A DNA stretch of 64,000 nucleotides from an uncultured Chloroflexia bacterium (GTDB lineage: Bacteria > Chloroflexota > Anaerolineae > Anaerolineales > UBA4823): the NCBI GenBank assembly GCA_963706515.1, contig CAVPMW010000011.1:65675-129674 (forward strand), given 5' to 3'. Under the pieces are notes generated by a model. The model was not told where the DNA came from and ran no database searches. It worked only from the letters and a program-made list of their open reading frames with translations. This document shows positions 42,578 to 50,916 of the stretch, in pieces. Numbering within the stretch: the stretch's first letter is position 1; every line of letters begins with the position of its first letter. The position numbers and the translations under genes are program-made.

Positions 42578-42589
42578 ATATCGGAACAC

Positions 42590-42871
42590 ATGATCAAATC
42601 TTTCAAGAGCAAGGAAACTGCCCGAATCTTTGCCCGTTTGCGCTCGACCCGGTTGCCAGGAGACATCCAACAGGTCAGCTACCGTAAGCTACGTATGCTT
42701 AACAATGCCGTCACATTGGACGATCTTCGAGTTCCTCCAGCAAACCGGCTGGAGAAGCTCAGCGGTGACCGGGCAGGGCAGTACAGCATCCGGATCAACG
42801 ATCAATGGCGGATCTGCTTTGAATGGATCGATGGTGATGCCTATAACGTAGAAATCGTGGATTATCATTAG
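42590..42871 (+). CDS. higB: HigB-type toxin (plasmid maintenance system killer, RelE/ParE superfamily)
   Basis: MIKSFKSKETARIF...LEKLSGDRAGQYSIRINDQWRICFEWIDGDAYNVEIVDYH is the canonical HigB pattern. Confidence 0.9.
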   Translation: MIKSFKSKETARIFARLRSTRLPGDIQQVSYRKLRMLNNAVTLDDLRVPPANRLEKLSGDRAGQYSIRINDQWRICFEWIDGDAYNVEIVDYH

Positions 42872-42882
42872 GAGCTGGTAAT

Positions 42883-43185
42883 ATGAACGAGAAGCTAAAT
42901 CCTGTACATCCTGGGGAGGTACTGTTAGAAGAATTCCTCAAGCCAATGGGTTTGAGCCAGAACCGGTTGTCGTTAGAGATCGGGGTACACCCCCGGCGGA
43001 TCAATGAGATCGTGCTCGGCAAGCGGCGCATCACTGCCGATACTGCCCTGCGCCTGGCGCGCTATTTCGGCACATCACCCCAGTTCTGGATGGGATTGCA
43101 GAACGATTATGATCTAGATGTGGCTGCCGATACCTTGGGAGACAGGCTGGATATCGAGGTGCGGCCTATGGCGGTATCTGGGTAA
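42883..43185 (+). CDS. higA: HigA-type antitoxin (XRE HTH)
   Basis: HPGEVLLEEFLKPMGLSQNRLSLEIGVHPRRINEIVLGKRRITADTALRLARYFGTSPQFWMGLQ. The gene starts 11 nt after higB. Confidence 0.9.
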   Translation: MNEKLNPVHPGEVLLEEFLKPMGLSQNRLSLEIGVHPRRINEIVLGKRRITADTALRLARYFGTSPQFWMGLQNDYDLDVAADTLGDRLDIEVRPMAVSG

Positions 43186-43230
43186 TTCTAACGATACGGG
43201 GTTCTTGGTAGGTTCGTCTCAGGAAAACCT

Positions 43231-43258
43231 GCGGAGAGGGTGGGATTCGAACCCACGC
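43231..43258 (-). other. isolated tRNA 3'-end fragment (T-arm plus acceptor 3' strand), no 5' half
   Basis: The reverse strand reads GTGGG TTCGAAT CCCAC CCTCTCC G. The expected GGAGAGG 5' acceptor strand, D-arm and anticodon arm are absent in the 90 nt upstream. Confidence 0.65.
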
Positions 43259-43536
43259 TGGTTACGTATAAGCTGTCCTACCAGAGAGTGCTGCGTGCTG
43301 ATTGCTGCGTGGATCCTTCCCGCCAGAAAGCTCGATACATCACCTCGAAATTAACGGCAAGCCTGTCAAACAGGTGAGGAGAGAGCTTATGCGTACAGCG
43401 ATGGCGATCTTGCCGCCTTGGCGGTTCGAAATGTTCTACACCGCAAAGACGCAAAGCTCGCCAAGCTATAAGTTTCAAAAGTCAGCTTAGCGATCTTGGC
43501 GCCTTAGCGGTTAAATTTATATAGAATGGATCTTTA

Positions 43537-44049
43537 TTATTTCGCCCTTAATTCTCTCGATTGCACGAAAATGCCGGCTGCTATGAGCACGAGGAAGAGG
43601 AGAGACGCAACGGCGGCGCCCAAGGTGAACATCCCGTTCACCTTTCCTGCGATGGCATTCGCGCCAGCCCAGGAGGTGAGCAGGATGAGGCCCCAGTCAA
43701 ACAGGAAGATCATCAACAAAAAGCCCACTACAGCCCCGATCAGCGCCATCAGCATCCAGCTCCAATTGATGCCAAACATGCTGAGGAATAGCGGCAATCC
43801 CACTGCTCCCGCCAGCGCCCCAACGATGTAGCCGACGATCTTGATAAACTTGGTCGCCAGCCAGGCGAAGATCGCGCCGATAATGATTGCCACGATCAAC
43901 CCCAGCCACCCGCCTCCGAACACGTTATCGAACAGGTTGAAGATGAACAAAAATGCCACCATCGCGGCTGCCAGCCAGAAAAACCGGCGCCCTGCGAAAA
44001 GCAGGATCAGTCCTGCTACGACCGAAAGAATTAACGAGATCCATTCCAT
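43537..44049 (-). CDS. multi-pass membrane protein (DUF4203/TM7S3-like), 170 aa
   Basis: Intact ORF with a GGAGG RBS and five or six hydrophobic helices. The function is unknown. Confidence 0.65.
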   Translation of the reverse strand: MEWISLILSVVAGLILLFAGRRFFWLAAAMVAFLFIFNLFDNVFGGGWLGLIVAIIIGAIFAWLATKFIKIVGYIVGALAGAVGLPLFLSMFGINWSWMLMALIGAVVGFLLMIFLFDWGLILLTSWAGANAIAGKVNGMFTLGAAVASLLFLVLIAAGIFVQSRELRAK

Positions 44050-44395
44050 GTTTGCCTCCGTATTGTGAGACGTGTAACGAGTCTAGAAAGTGACCGTCCA
44101 AAATGTATAACCCCAATCGGGTCTGGAAGTTCTTCAAATCATTCACCGCGGAGAAGACATTTACCGCAAAGCTTTGCGGCGGTCTCTGCTTCGGACCGGA
44201 ACTCGATCGGTTTGCCGCACCTACCCCAATCCTACAAAATAACTGTGACATAGAGGTAGATATCGGATATATGAGCACCGGTGTCGAAATCGTGCTGCAG
44301 ATTTCTGACAAGACAAGCACTTGTCTTGTAACATTTTGACTATCGCCGAAGAGTATATACCGTGATGGATAAGCCATTAAAAGAGAGATCGCCTT

Positions 44396-44540
44396 GCGTG
44401 AAATGAGCGATCTCGGGCGTGGTGCATGTTCACATGCCAATCCCGCCTTGCGTATACCTTCAGCACTCTGACAGTCGTCCACCAAGCGCTGCTGTCGGCG
44501 ATGACGCACTGAAAGTTATACGCGCTGTGGAGAGGGTAGG
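44396..44540 (+). repeat. copy 2 of the direct repeat family (see 42283)
   Basis: gcgtgaaatgagcgatctcgggcgtggtgcatgttcacatgcc...aaagttatacgcgctgtggagagggtaggt, in the same orientation as copy 1. Confidence 0.85.
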
Positions 44541-44799
44541 TGCCCGCCAGCCGAGCGTGAAGTAGACTAAAAGCAATTATTAGCCGGCTCTCGATACTGA
44601 AACCTGGGATTTTTCACAAGTCAGAATAAGAATGGATCGCTTATAATTAAGACAATCAACATCTTATTACTGCTAGAATGCCTTCCATTCTGTTTCATTG
44701 AACAATAAAGGAGTTGCTGGCGATCGAGGGGTAATCAGCCTCGCTAAGGAGTGCTGGCTTGGTCCTCAGCCCGTAAATACGATCTATCGGAGAAATATC

Positions 44800-45426
44800 A
44801 TGAGCACACAGCCTCGAATGTGGAGGGTCATCGTTGGAATTGGCTTAATCGTGATGACAATGGCCTGCACCTTGCCATCGTTGGTCGGTACAGCCACACC
44901 CACTCCCGGCTTGGTGGCGATCGGCAGCAAGGAGGGCACGGGCGGCGGCACGGGCGGCGGCAGCGGCAGCGGAAGCGGCGGCAACCAGTCACTTCCCCCT
45001 TCCAATGAGACTCTTCCGGAGGCAACAGCTACCCCCACCATTCCGCTTCCCAATCCGGGCGGTCCTTACGTGGTCAAGCAGGTTGAATCGTTAGGCGGTG
45101 AAGTCATTTCAGGCCAGGTTTGCAGCCTTTCGGCTCCATTTTCCGTGAATTCCGCGACCTCCAAAGTTGCGTGGGTCTTCAATTTCATTCCCAAAGATGC
45201 CCATCACGGCATCTTGACTTACGTCTATTCGATCCCCTCCGCTGGCGAGTCGCATAATGCCACCGGAAGCTACACCATCAGCCCGCCAGATAAAGATGGC
45301 ACGCTCCACCTGTCATTGCAGGTCTCCGATCATGTGACCTTTAAAGGCTTTGATGGAAACATACCCGTCTCGTATAAATTTGACCTGGTGCCGTCTGGCA
45401 GCACGTCTTGTCCGCCAACGCCGTAA
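44800..45426 (+). CDS. secreted lipoprotein with Gly/Ser linker, unknown function
   Basis: ATG 44800 follows GGAGA. The signal is MSTQPRMWRVIVGIGLIVMTMAC, followed by a GTGGGTGGGSGSGSGG linker and a beta-rich domain. Confidence 0.7.
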   Translation: MSTQPRMWRVIVGIGLIVMTMACTLPSLVGTATPTPGLVAIGSKEGTGGGTGGGSGSGSGGNQSLPPSNETLPEATATPTIPLPNPGGPYVVKQVESLGGEVISGQVCSLSAPFSVNSATSKVAWVFNFIPKDAHHGILTYVYSIPSAGESHNATGSYTISPPDKDGTLHLSLQVSDHVTFKGFDGNIPVSYKFDLVPSGSTSCPPTP

Positions 45427-45533
45427 GATGTGATTCAAGTCCGCATGGTATGCAATTTAATAACGAAATCGCCCAGCTTCCGCCGGACGATCTGCCCTCT
45501 GCTGACCCAAATCTAAAATCGTAAATCTGCAGG

Positions 45534-45558
45534 CGGAGAGGGCATCACCCTCTCCGCA
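45534..45558. terminator. stem-loop between convergent genes
   Basis: gcggagaggg CATCA ccctctccgc, a 10-bp perfect stem. The flanking U-tract is weak. Confidence 0.5.
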
Positions 45559-45618
45559 GAGGGTAAAAAAACAGGTATCTGTTTTAGAATTTAACTTTGA
45601 GGGATTTGGGAATATCGA

Positions 45619-45945
45619 TTAATCCGCATCATAGGCTGCCAGGGCAGCCGGCAGGCATTGCACCACCACCTGCCCGGCTGCCGGCAATCCAACCAGGATA
45701 GCGCTGATCACTTCCTGGCGTGTCGCCCCAGCTTGTTTAGCCGACCGCACGTGAAAGAAAATGCCGCTTTCCATGCGCTGAGCAGCCAGCACAGCCAGGT
45801 AAGCCAGCTCTTCGGTCTTCTTGTCCAGCGCACTGGCTTCATCCAGTCCCTTCACGGCTGCCATCCAGGCTTGCGCATGCTCTGGAGCTTCTTGCAAGAA
45901 TGCTTGAAACGAATTGCTTATTCCGCTCAAATTTTGGTTGTTCAT
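45619..45945 (-). CDS. carboxymuconolactone decarboxylase (AhpD-like) family protein
   Basis: Intact 108-aa ORF with ...KTEELAYLAVLAAQRMESGIFFHVRSAKQAGATRQEVISAIL. Confidence 0.75.
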   Translation of the reverse strand: MNNQNLSGISNSFQAFLQEAPEHAQAWMAAVKGLDEASALDKKTEELAYLAVLAAQRMESGIFFHVRSAKQAGATRQEVISAILVGLPAAGQVVVQCLPAALAAYDAD

Positions 45946-46197
45946 CTATTTTTCTCCTGAGAGGATTCCGATCGTCCCGACCATAAAGGGCAGTTTGAGC
46001 GCTGGCGGGATAAACGGCGCATTGCGCGTTTCAACGAATTCAACCTTACGAATGCCCCAGGCTCGGACGGCATCAAGGAGGTCGTCTATCTTGCGAACTC
46101 GCGCTCGATCAAGAACAAATCCTGGAAGGCGAACTTGCTCCGGCCTGACCCCGTAGCTTCTGGATGTCTCCCGCTTGTCTTTATAGAAATTGAAATT
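45946..46197 (-). pseudogene. 83-codon open frame without a usable start, stop-start coupled (TAG|ATG) to the downstream CMD gene
   Basis: NFNFYKDKRETSRSYGVRPEQVRLPGFVLDRARVRKIDDLLDAVRAWGIRKVEFVETRNAPFIPPALKLPFMVGTIGILSGEK*. The frame is preceded by ATG-AAC-TAG. No ATG, GTG or TTG occurs inside until the last 12 codons. Confidence 0.35.
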
Positions 46198-46205
46198 CTA
46201 GTTCA

Positions 46206-47159
46206 TCAGCCCTTTTTTGTATCCAGCAAAACCTGTAAGCTCTCTAACGCCGGCACTTCCATCCCCAGCTCATCGGCAGTGCGTAACATGGCTCTATAGT
46301 GCATGCGAGTTTCCTGCATGCTGCCAGGAGAAGCCGCGTGGGCGGTATAGCGCTGCATGCTTTTATTGGTGCGCCACATCCAGCGCATTATGGCAACCAC
46401 CAGCCAGTTAGGCCAGTCCACAAACGAGACGTCTGGATACTGCTTCAGGTTCACACCGCGCTTCTCGCACAAATGGACCAGCTCGCTGGTTGCCTTGACA
46501 CAGGTTTTCATCAGGTCGCCATCGCGCAAGAAGGGTTTCACCTCGCCGTATTTGGCAAACCCAACGGCAAAGCCCACCGCCGAGGCGTTGTGCACCCACA
46601 ACCAGTGCAGGATGCTTGGCTGGATATCCGGCTTCATATCCGCTTTTTCGAACAGCGCTTTCACCTGCTCCAGTTTTTCCGTGCTCTGTCCCTCCAAAAC
46701 GCCCAGGTGGACCTCGGCGCCCAGGTTGGTCCAGTAGGCGCCGTTGCGCACCGTGCCGCCGCCATCTGCGTACCCCAGCAAGTAGCGCTGGCGAGGGAGC
46801 AAGGCATCGATCTCGCCAGCCCCTTCCCAGTTGGAAGTCATAGGCAGGAATGTGGCCTGCTCCCCCACACACGGGATCAGTGTGCAAAGGGCATCGGACA
46901 ATTGCTGGGCATTCACCGGTACCATGACCAGTTCATAGCCATCTTCTGGACGAACTTCTTCGGCGCAGCGCAGGTTGTAGTGCGCTTGGTTGTCGGCGGG
47001 GTGACCCTTGCGTTCATCGAGTAAATCGAGGTCCACACCTTGCAGATATTTCTCCTTTTTACCCGGGCGGACGTAGTGCGTTACATCCACTCCGGCTTCC
47101 GCCAATGCCCATCCGTAGATGGTTCCAATGACGCCGGTTCCAACGATGACTGTTTTCAT
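46206..47159 (-). CDS. ketopantoate reductase (PanE/ApbA) family oxidoreductase
   Basis: ATG 47159 gives MKTVIVGTGVIGTIYGWALAEAG (Rossmann motif). The 317-aa ORF is intact. Confidence 0.7.
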   Translation of the reverse strand: MKTVIVGTGVIGTIYGWALAEAGVDVTHYVRPGKKEKYLQGVDLDLLDERKGHPADNQAHYNLRCAEEVRPEDGYELVMVPVNAQQLSDALCTLIPCVGEQATFLPMTSNWEGAGEIDALLPRQRYLLGYADGGGTVRNGAYWTNLGAEVHLGVLEGQSTEKLEQVKALFEKADMKPDIQPSILHWLWVHNASAVGFAVGFAKYGEVKPFLRDGDLMKTCVKATSELVHLCEKRGVNLKQYPDVSFVDWPNWLVVAIMRWMWRTNKSMQRYTAHAASPGSMQETRMHYRAMLRTADELGMEVPALESLQVLLDTKKG

Positions 47160-47206
47160 TTTTTTTATTCCTTTCCTTTTCAACTCAACTCGATGGAATC
47201 TAAAGC

Positions 47207-47512
47207 CTAGAAGGCAAGACAAGCGCGGCAGCAAACGCTCGGATTTCTGGTTCGATGCTGCTCATTGCCGGCATACTGCACCCAGTAGATAGTGGAGGAT
47301 CTTCTCGTGAACCGCGGCAGGGATATCCGCTGACCAGCATAAGGCGATGACCTTGTCCAGGCAGTCATCGTGCCTGCCGTCCACCTGCCGATATCGATGC
47401 ATGCGATTGTGGCAACAAGGGCTTCGTCCTGAAATTCCCCGCCTTCCTTGGCGTCGCCGCACGCGTAACGAGTGGGCGGCAGAATAGCATAATTCAACGT
47501 TAACTGCCACAA
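47207..47512 (-). pseudogene. hypothetical Cys-rich protein, apparent frameshifts
   Basis: Frames 47207..47512 and 47262..47510 each carry protein-like pieces (YACGDAKEGGEFQDEALVATIACIDIG; DDCLDKVIALCWSADIPAAVHEKILHYLLGAV). Confidence 0.25.
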
Positions 47513-47700
47513 ATAATTGACGACTGATGATTGGAGGTGAGATTAACTAGATTTTAGAATAAAACTATCACTGATACAAGTAACGAATATCATATCCCCC
47601 TGGGGACCTCGCCTCTCTCGGTGCGAAGTGTCCGCTTAGGTGCCAATTACACGGAGGAAATACACACACCTACCTTATGGTAAACCGCTAAGAGCTCGAC

Positions 47701-48180
47701 CTACACCTGGCATTTCTGGCAGACACCGAATAATTGCAGCCAATGGCTGCCTATTTTATAACTCGTCTCCTGGCTGACCTCGTTGATCAGTAGTTCCAGC
47801 TTATCCCCGCTGAAGAATTCAACCCGCCCGCACTTTTCACAAATCAGGATGTGTTGGTGACCTGAATTAGCGGCAATGAAAGCCTGGCAGCCCGAAGGTT
47901 GGTGGACCCGCTGGATTAACCCTACCTCTTCCAGTTTCTCCACGGTGCGGTAGACTGTAACCAGGCCAAATTTGGGATTTTTTGCCCGCACCAGGTCAAA
48001 TAGCTGCAATGGACTCAGCACGCGCCGGCTCGTCGCCAGAATTTCAACAATCTCCCTGAGCGGCGTGGAGGTGCGATATCCCTTTGCCTGCAAGATCCTG
48101 ATCCATTCATCTGTAGGATTGTAAGACAGGTTATCTGTCAACAAATCTGTTTGCGCGTCCATCTTCATTTCATCGTCCAT
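47701..48180 (-). CDS. Fur-family metalloregulator (Zur-like by context)
   Basis: The winged helix is SPLQLFDLVRAKNPKFGLVTVYRTVEKLEEVGLIQRV. Metal sites are HQHILICEKCGRVEFF and GVCQKCQ. The gene is divergent from a metal ABC importer. Confidence 0.85.
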   Translation of the reverse strand: MDDEMKMDAQTDLLTDNLSYNPTDEWIRILQAKGYRTSTPLREIVEILATSRRVLSPLQLFDLVRAKNPKFGLVTVYRTVEKLEEVGLIQRVHQPSGCQAFIAANSGHQHILICEKCGRVEFFSGDKLELLINEVSQETSYKIGSHWLQLFGVCQKCQV

Positions 48181-48250
48181 CTAATTTGGCCGGGATAACT
48201 GGTGAGCTTACCTGGTATAGACCAATTTTACCAGCATCCCGGGTTAGCTC

Positions 48251-48294
48251 TTGACCGGCAAAGGATAAAAGTTATAATGCAAATGGATTTCATT
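48251..48294 (+). promoter_or_regulatory. promoter TTGACC-N16-TATAAT with an overlapping Fur/Zur-box-like imperfect palindrome
   Basis: ttgacc at 48251-48256 and tataat at 48273-48278. aatgcaaatggatttcatt at 48276-48294 has AATG.AAAT / ATTT.CATT half-sites. Confidence 0.55.
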
Positions 48295-48346
48295 TACAGT
48301 TAAGTGAAGATTTCTTGAATACTTCCGATTGGGAACGAACGCGAAA

Positions 48347-49272
48347 ATGAAAAAGTATATTTGCATCCTTTTTGCGTTGTTTGCCATTAGTTCTCTCATC
48401 TTGACCTCCTGCCAATCTCAAGCTCCTTCTGAACAAAATTCAAAGAAAACAATCGTGGTAACCTACTCAATCCTGGGCGCAGTGGTCAAAGATCTGGTAG
48501 ATGATCGTGCGAATGTGATCGTATCCTATGCCGGATGGGCAGGACCCGCACGAATGGGAGCCCTCCGCAAAGGATATCGAGACGATCATGAACGCTGATC
48601 TTGTCGTGCAGAATGGCTTAGGCTTAGAAGGTGGGCTGGAAAAAACCCTCGCTCAAGCGCAGCAGAAACGGGGTGAAAACCTTTATTGCATCCGATCATA
48701 TCGCTGTGCGCAAAGTTGGTCAGGGTGAAGGGATACCCAGCGGCGACCCGGACCAGGCTGTTGGAGCCGAAGATCCGCATCTATGGATGGATCCATTAAC
48801 CATGAAAATGGTCGTTCAGGCTTTGGCCGAGCAGTTGAAAAGCGACCTGGGAATTGACGTGTCCAGCCGGGCAGCGGACCTGGAAAGCCGTTTGGTCGAC
48901 CTGAATGACGAGATTGCGGCTCAGGTCGCGATCCTACCCGAGGCAAACCGCAAACTGGTCACCGGGCACGAATCCATGGGTTACTACGCCCAGCGTTATG
49001 GTTTTAAACTGGTCGGTGTGATCGTTCCCAGCCTCACCAGCCAGGCGGAGGTTTCGGCTTCCGACCTGGCAGCTCTGAAGAAATCGATCCAGGAGAACCA
49101 GGTGAAGGTGATTTTTACCGAGCTCGGCACCTCGCCAGCAGTTTCCGCAGCGATCGGAAAAGAAACGGGCGTCAAGGTTGTCGAGCTAACCACACACAGC
49201 CTGCCGCCAGACGGATTGTATTTCTCTTTCTTGCGCAACCTCACGCGTACTCTGGTGGACAACCTGAAATAA
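48347..49272 (+). pseudogene. metal (Zn/Mn) ABC transporter substrate-binding lipoprotein (ZnuA/TroA family), 2 frameshifts
   Basis: The lipobox signal is MKKYICILFALFAISSLILTSC. The sequence runs ...VVTYSILGAVVKDLV.., then MPDGQDPHEWEPSAKDIETIMNADLVVQNGLGLE, then EDPHLWMDP...GHESMGYYAQRYG through three frames. Confidence 0.8.
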
Positions 49273-49273
49273 C

Positions 49274-50116
49274 ATGGAATGGTTTATTAACCCCTTTCTC
49301 TCGAATAGCTTTATGGTGAACGCCTTGATCGCCGGCATTCTCGTTTCGATCGCCTGCGGGATCGTCGGCACTTTCATCGTCTTGCGCGGGCTGGCGTTTC
49401 TCGGAGATGCCCTGGCCCACGGCGTGCTCCCCGGTATCGCTGTCGCCATCCTGATTGGAATTCCAAGTATCATTGGCGCTGCGCTAGGAGCGGTAGTGAT
49501 GATCGCCGGGATCAGCCTGATCACCCACCGCACCCGGCTTTCCTCAGATACAGCCATCGGGCTGCTGTTTGTGGGGATGCTGGCGCTGGGCGTTTTGATC
49601 GTCTCACGCTCAACTGCCTTCAGCGGGGATCTGGTGCGCATCCTATTCGGAGAGATCCTGGGGATCAGCCAGCAGGCAATTCTCATCCAGCTGTTTGCCA
49701 CAATCCTGATCCTGGTTACTTCCGTGATCTGCTCTCGACCTTTCCTGCTGTTGTGCTTCAACCCTGAGCAAGCCCAGGTCTCCGGTTTCTCTGCCAGCCT
49801 TTTCCACAACATCATGCTGGCTCTGATTGCGTTAACCGTGATTGTCTCGTTCCAAACCGTGGGCACGCTGCTGGTATTTGGGATGCTGCTGGCGCCTGCC
49901 GGAGCTGGCGCCTTGATTGCCCGGCGGTTGGAAACGATGATGCTGTGGGCAATCTTGTTCGGTTCGCTCTCCGTCTATGCCGGCCTGTTAGCCAGCTACC
50001 ACTTCAACCTGGCTGCCGGGTCGGCGATCGTGCTGGTTGCTACTCTCATTTTCTTCCTGGTATTCATCGTCCAGAACCGTAAAGCGGCAAGACCTGCTCC
50101 GACCGAAATATCCTGA
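49274..50116 (+). CDS. metal ABC transporter permease (ZnuB/TroC-like)
   Basis: Intact 280-aa multi-TM ORF. LRGLAFLGDALAHGVLPGIA is the typical ABC-3 family motif. Confidence 0.85.
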   Translation: MEWFINPFLSNSFMVNALIAGILVSIACGIVGTFIVLRGLAFLGDALAHGVLPGIAVAILIGIPSIIGAALGAVVMIAGISLITHRTRLSSDTAIGLLFVGMLALGVLIVSRSTAFSGDLVRILFGEILGISQQAILIQLFATILILVTSVICSRPFLLLCFNPEQAQVSGFSASLFHNIMLALIALTVIVSFQTVGTLLVFGMLLAPAGAGALIARRLETMMLWAILFGSLSVYAGLLASYHFNLAAGSAIVLVATLIFFLVFIVQNRKAARPAPTEIS

Positions 50117-50119
50117 AAT

Positions 50120-50911
50120 ATGGGCCCTTCCGATTCCAGTCAAGATCAAAGCTGCCTGAACGTCCATAACCTGGACGTTGGATATGATGGTGCTGTGGTT
50201 GTGGCGGGCATGAATTTCGATTTGAGCTGCGGCCAATGCCTGGCACTGGTGGGGATGAATGGGTCAGGAAAGACGACCTTACTGAAAACCATCGTCGGTC
50301 TCCTGCCGCCAATACGCGGGGATATCCAGGTTCTCGGCGGTCCGCCGGGCGAAGTTCCTCGCCGGATAGCCTATCTCAGCCAGTTCCATTCTTCCAGTTT
50401 TATCCTGCCGTTACGCGCCATCGATGTGGTCCGTATGGGGCGCTTCTCCACAAAAGGGCTGTTCAGCCGGATGACCCAGACGGACGACGAAATCGTCCGC
50501 ACCTCCATGCGCCGCATGGGGATCGAGAACCTGCAAGATGCGCCTCTGCGCTCGCTTTCCGGTGGGCAGCAGCAGCGCGTCTATATCGCACAGCTGCTTG
50601 CTCACCAGTCAGATTTGCTGATCCTGGACGAGCCAACCTCCGGCCTGGACGCGAGCGGCAGGGAATTGTTCTCACAGATCTTGACCGAAGAGCTGGCTCG
50701 CGGGGCCATGGCGATCAATGCCACCCACGATATTCAACAGGCCGCAGAATGTGATCAGGTCATGCTCCTGGCGAAGCAGGTCGTAGCTCTCGGTCCGGCG
50801 CATGAAGTGCTGACGCCTGAGACCTTATTGGAGACCTTTGGAATTGTTATGGTTGTACAGGGTCCGGATCAGCGCATCGGAATCGTTGAGCGAGAGCACG
50901 GTCACGGGTAG
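50120..50911 (+). CDS. metal ABC transporter ATP-binding protein (ZnuC-like)
   Basis: Walker A is GMNGSGKTT, the signature is LSGGQQQR and Walker B is LLILDEP. Confidence 0.9.
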   Translation: MGPSDSSQDQSCLNVHNLDVGYDGAVVVAGMNFDLSCGQCLALVGMNGSGKTTLLKTIVGLLPPIRGDIQVLGGPPGEVPRRIAYLSQFHSSSFILPLRAIDVVRMGRFSTKGLFSRMTQTDDEIVRTSMRRMGIENLQDAPLRSLSGGQQQRVYIAQLLAHQSDLLILDEPTSGLDASGRELFSQILTEELARGAMAINATHDIQQAAECDQVMLLAKQVVALGPAHEVLTPETLLETFGIVMVVQGPDQRIGIVEREHGHG

Positions 50912-50916
50912 CTATC

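Noticed and set aside
43231-43320. Intact tRNA gene on the reverse strand.
   Set aside because: Only the T-arm and the acceptor 3' strand are present. No matching GGAGAGG 5' acceptor strand, D-arm or anticodon stem could be found in the next 90 nt. It is reported as a fragment only.
44103-44339. ORF 44103..44339(+) and the 194-aa reverse ORF 43925..44509.
   Set aside because: Neither has an RBS or a recognisable fold. They run across a palindrome (ccgcaaagctttgcgg), a hairpin (acaagaca...tgtcttgt) and into the repeat copy. I treat the region as non-coding.
42283-44540. Integron attC sites flanking a HigBA cassette.
   Set aside because: The repeats lack recognisable R''/R' (RYYYAAC / GTTRRRY) core sites and lack the overall imperfect hairpin symmetry of attC. 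No intI gene is present. This is kept only as an alternative to test under the repeat finding.
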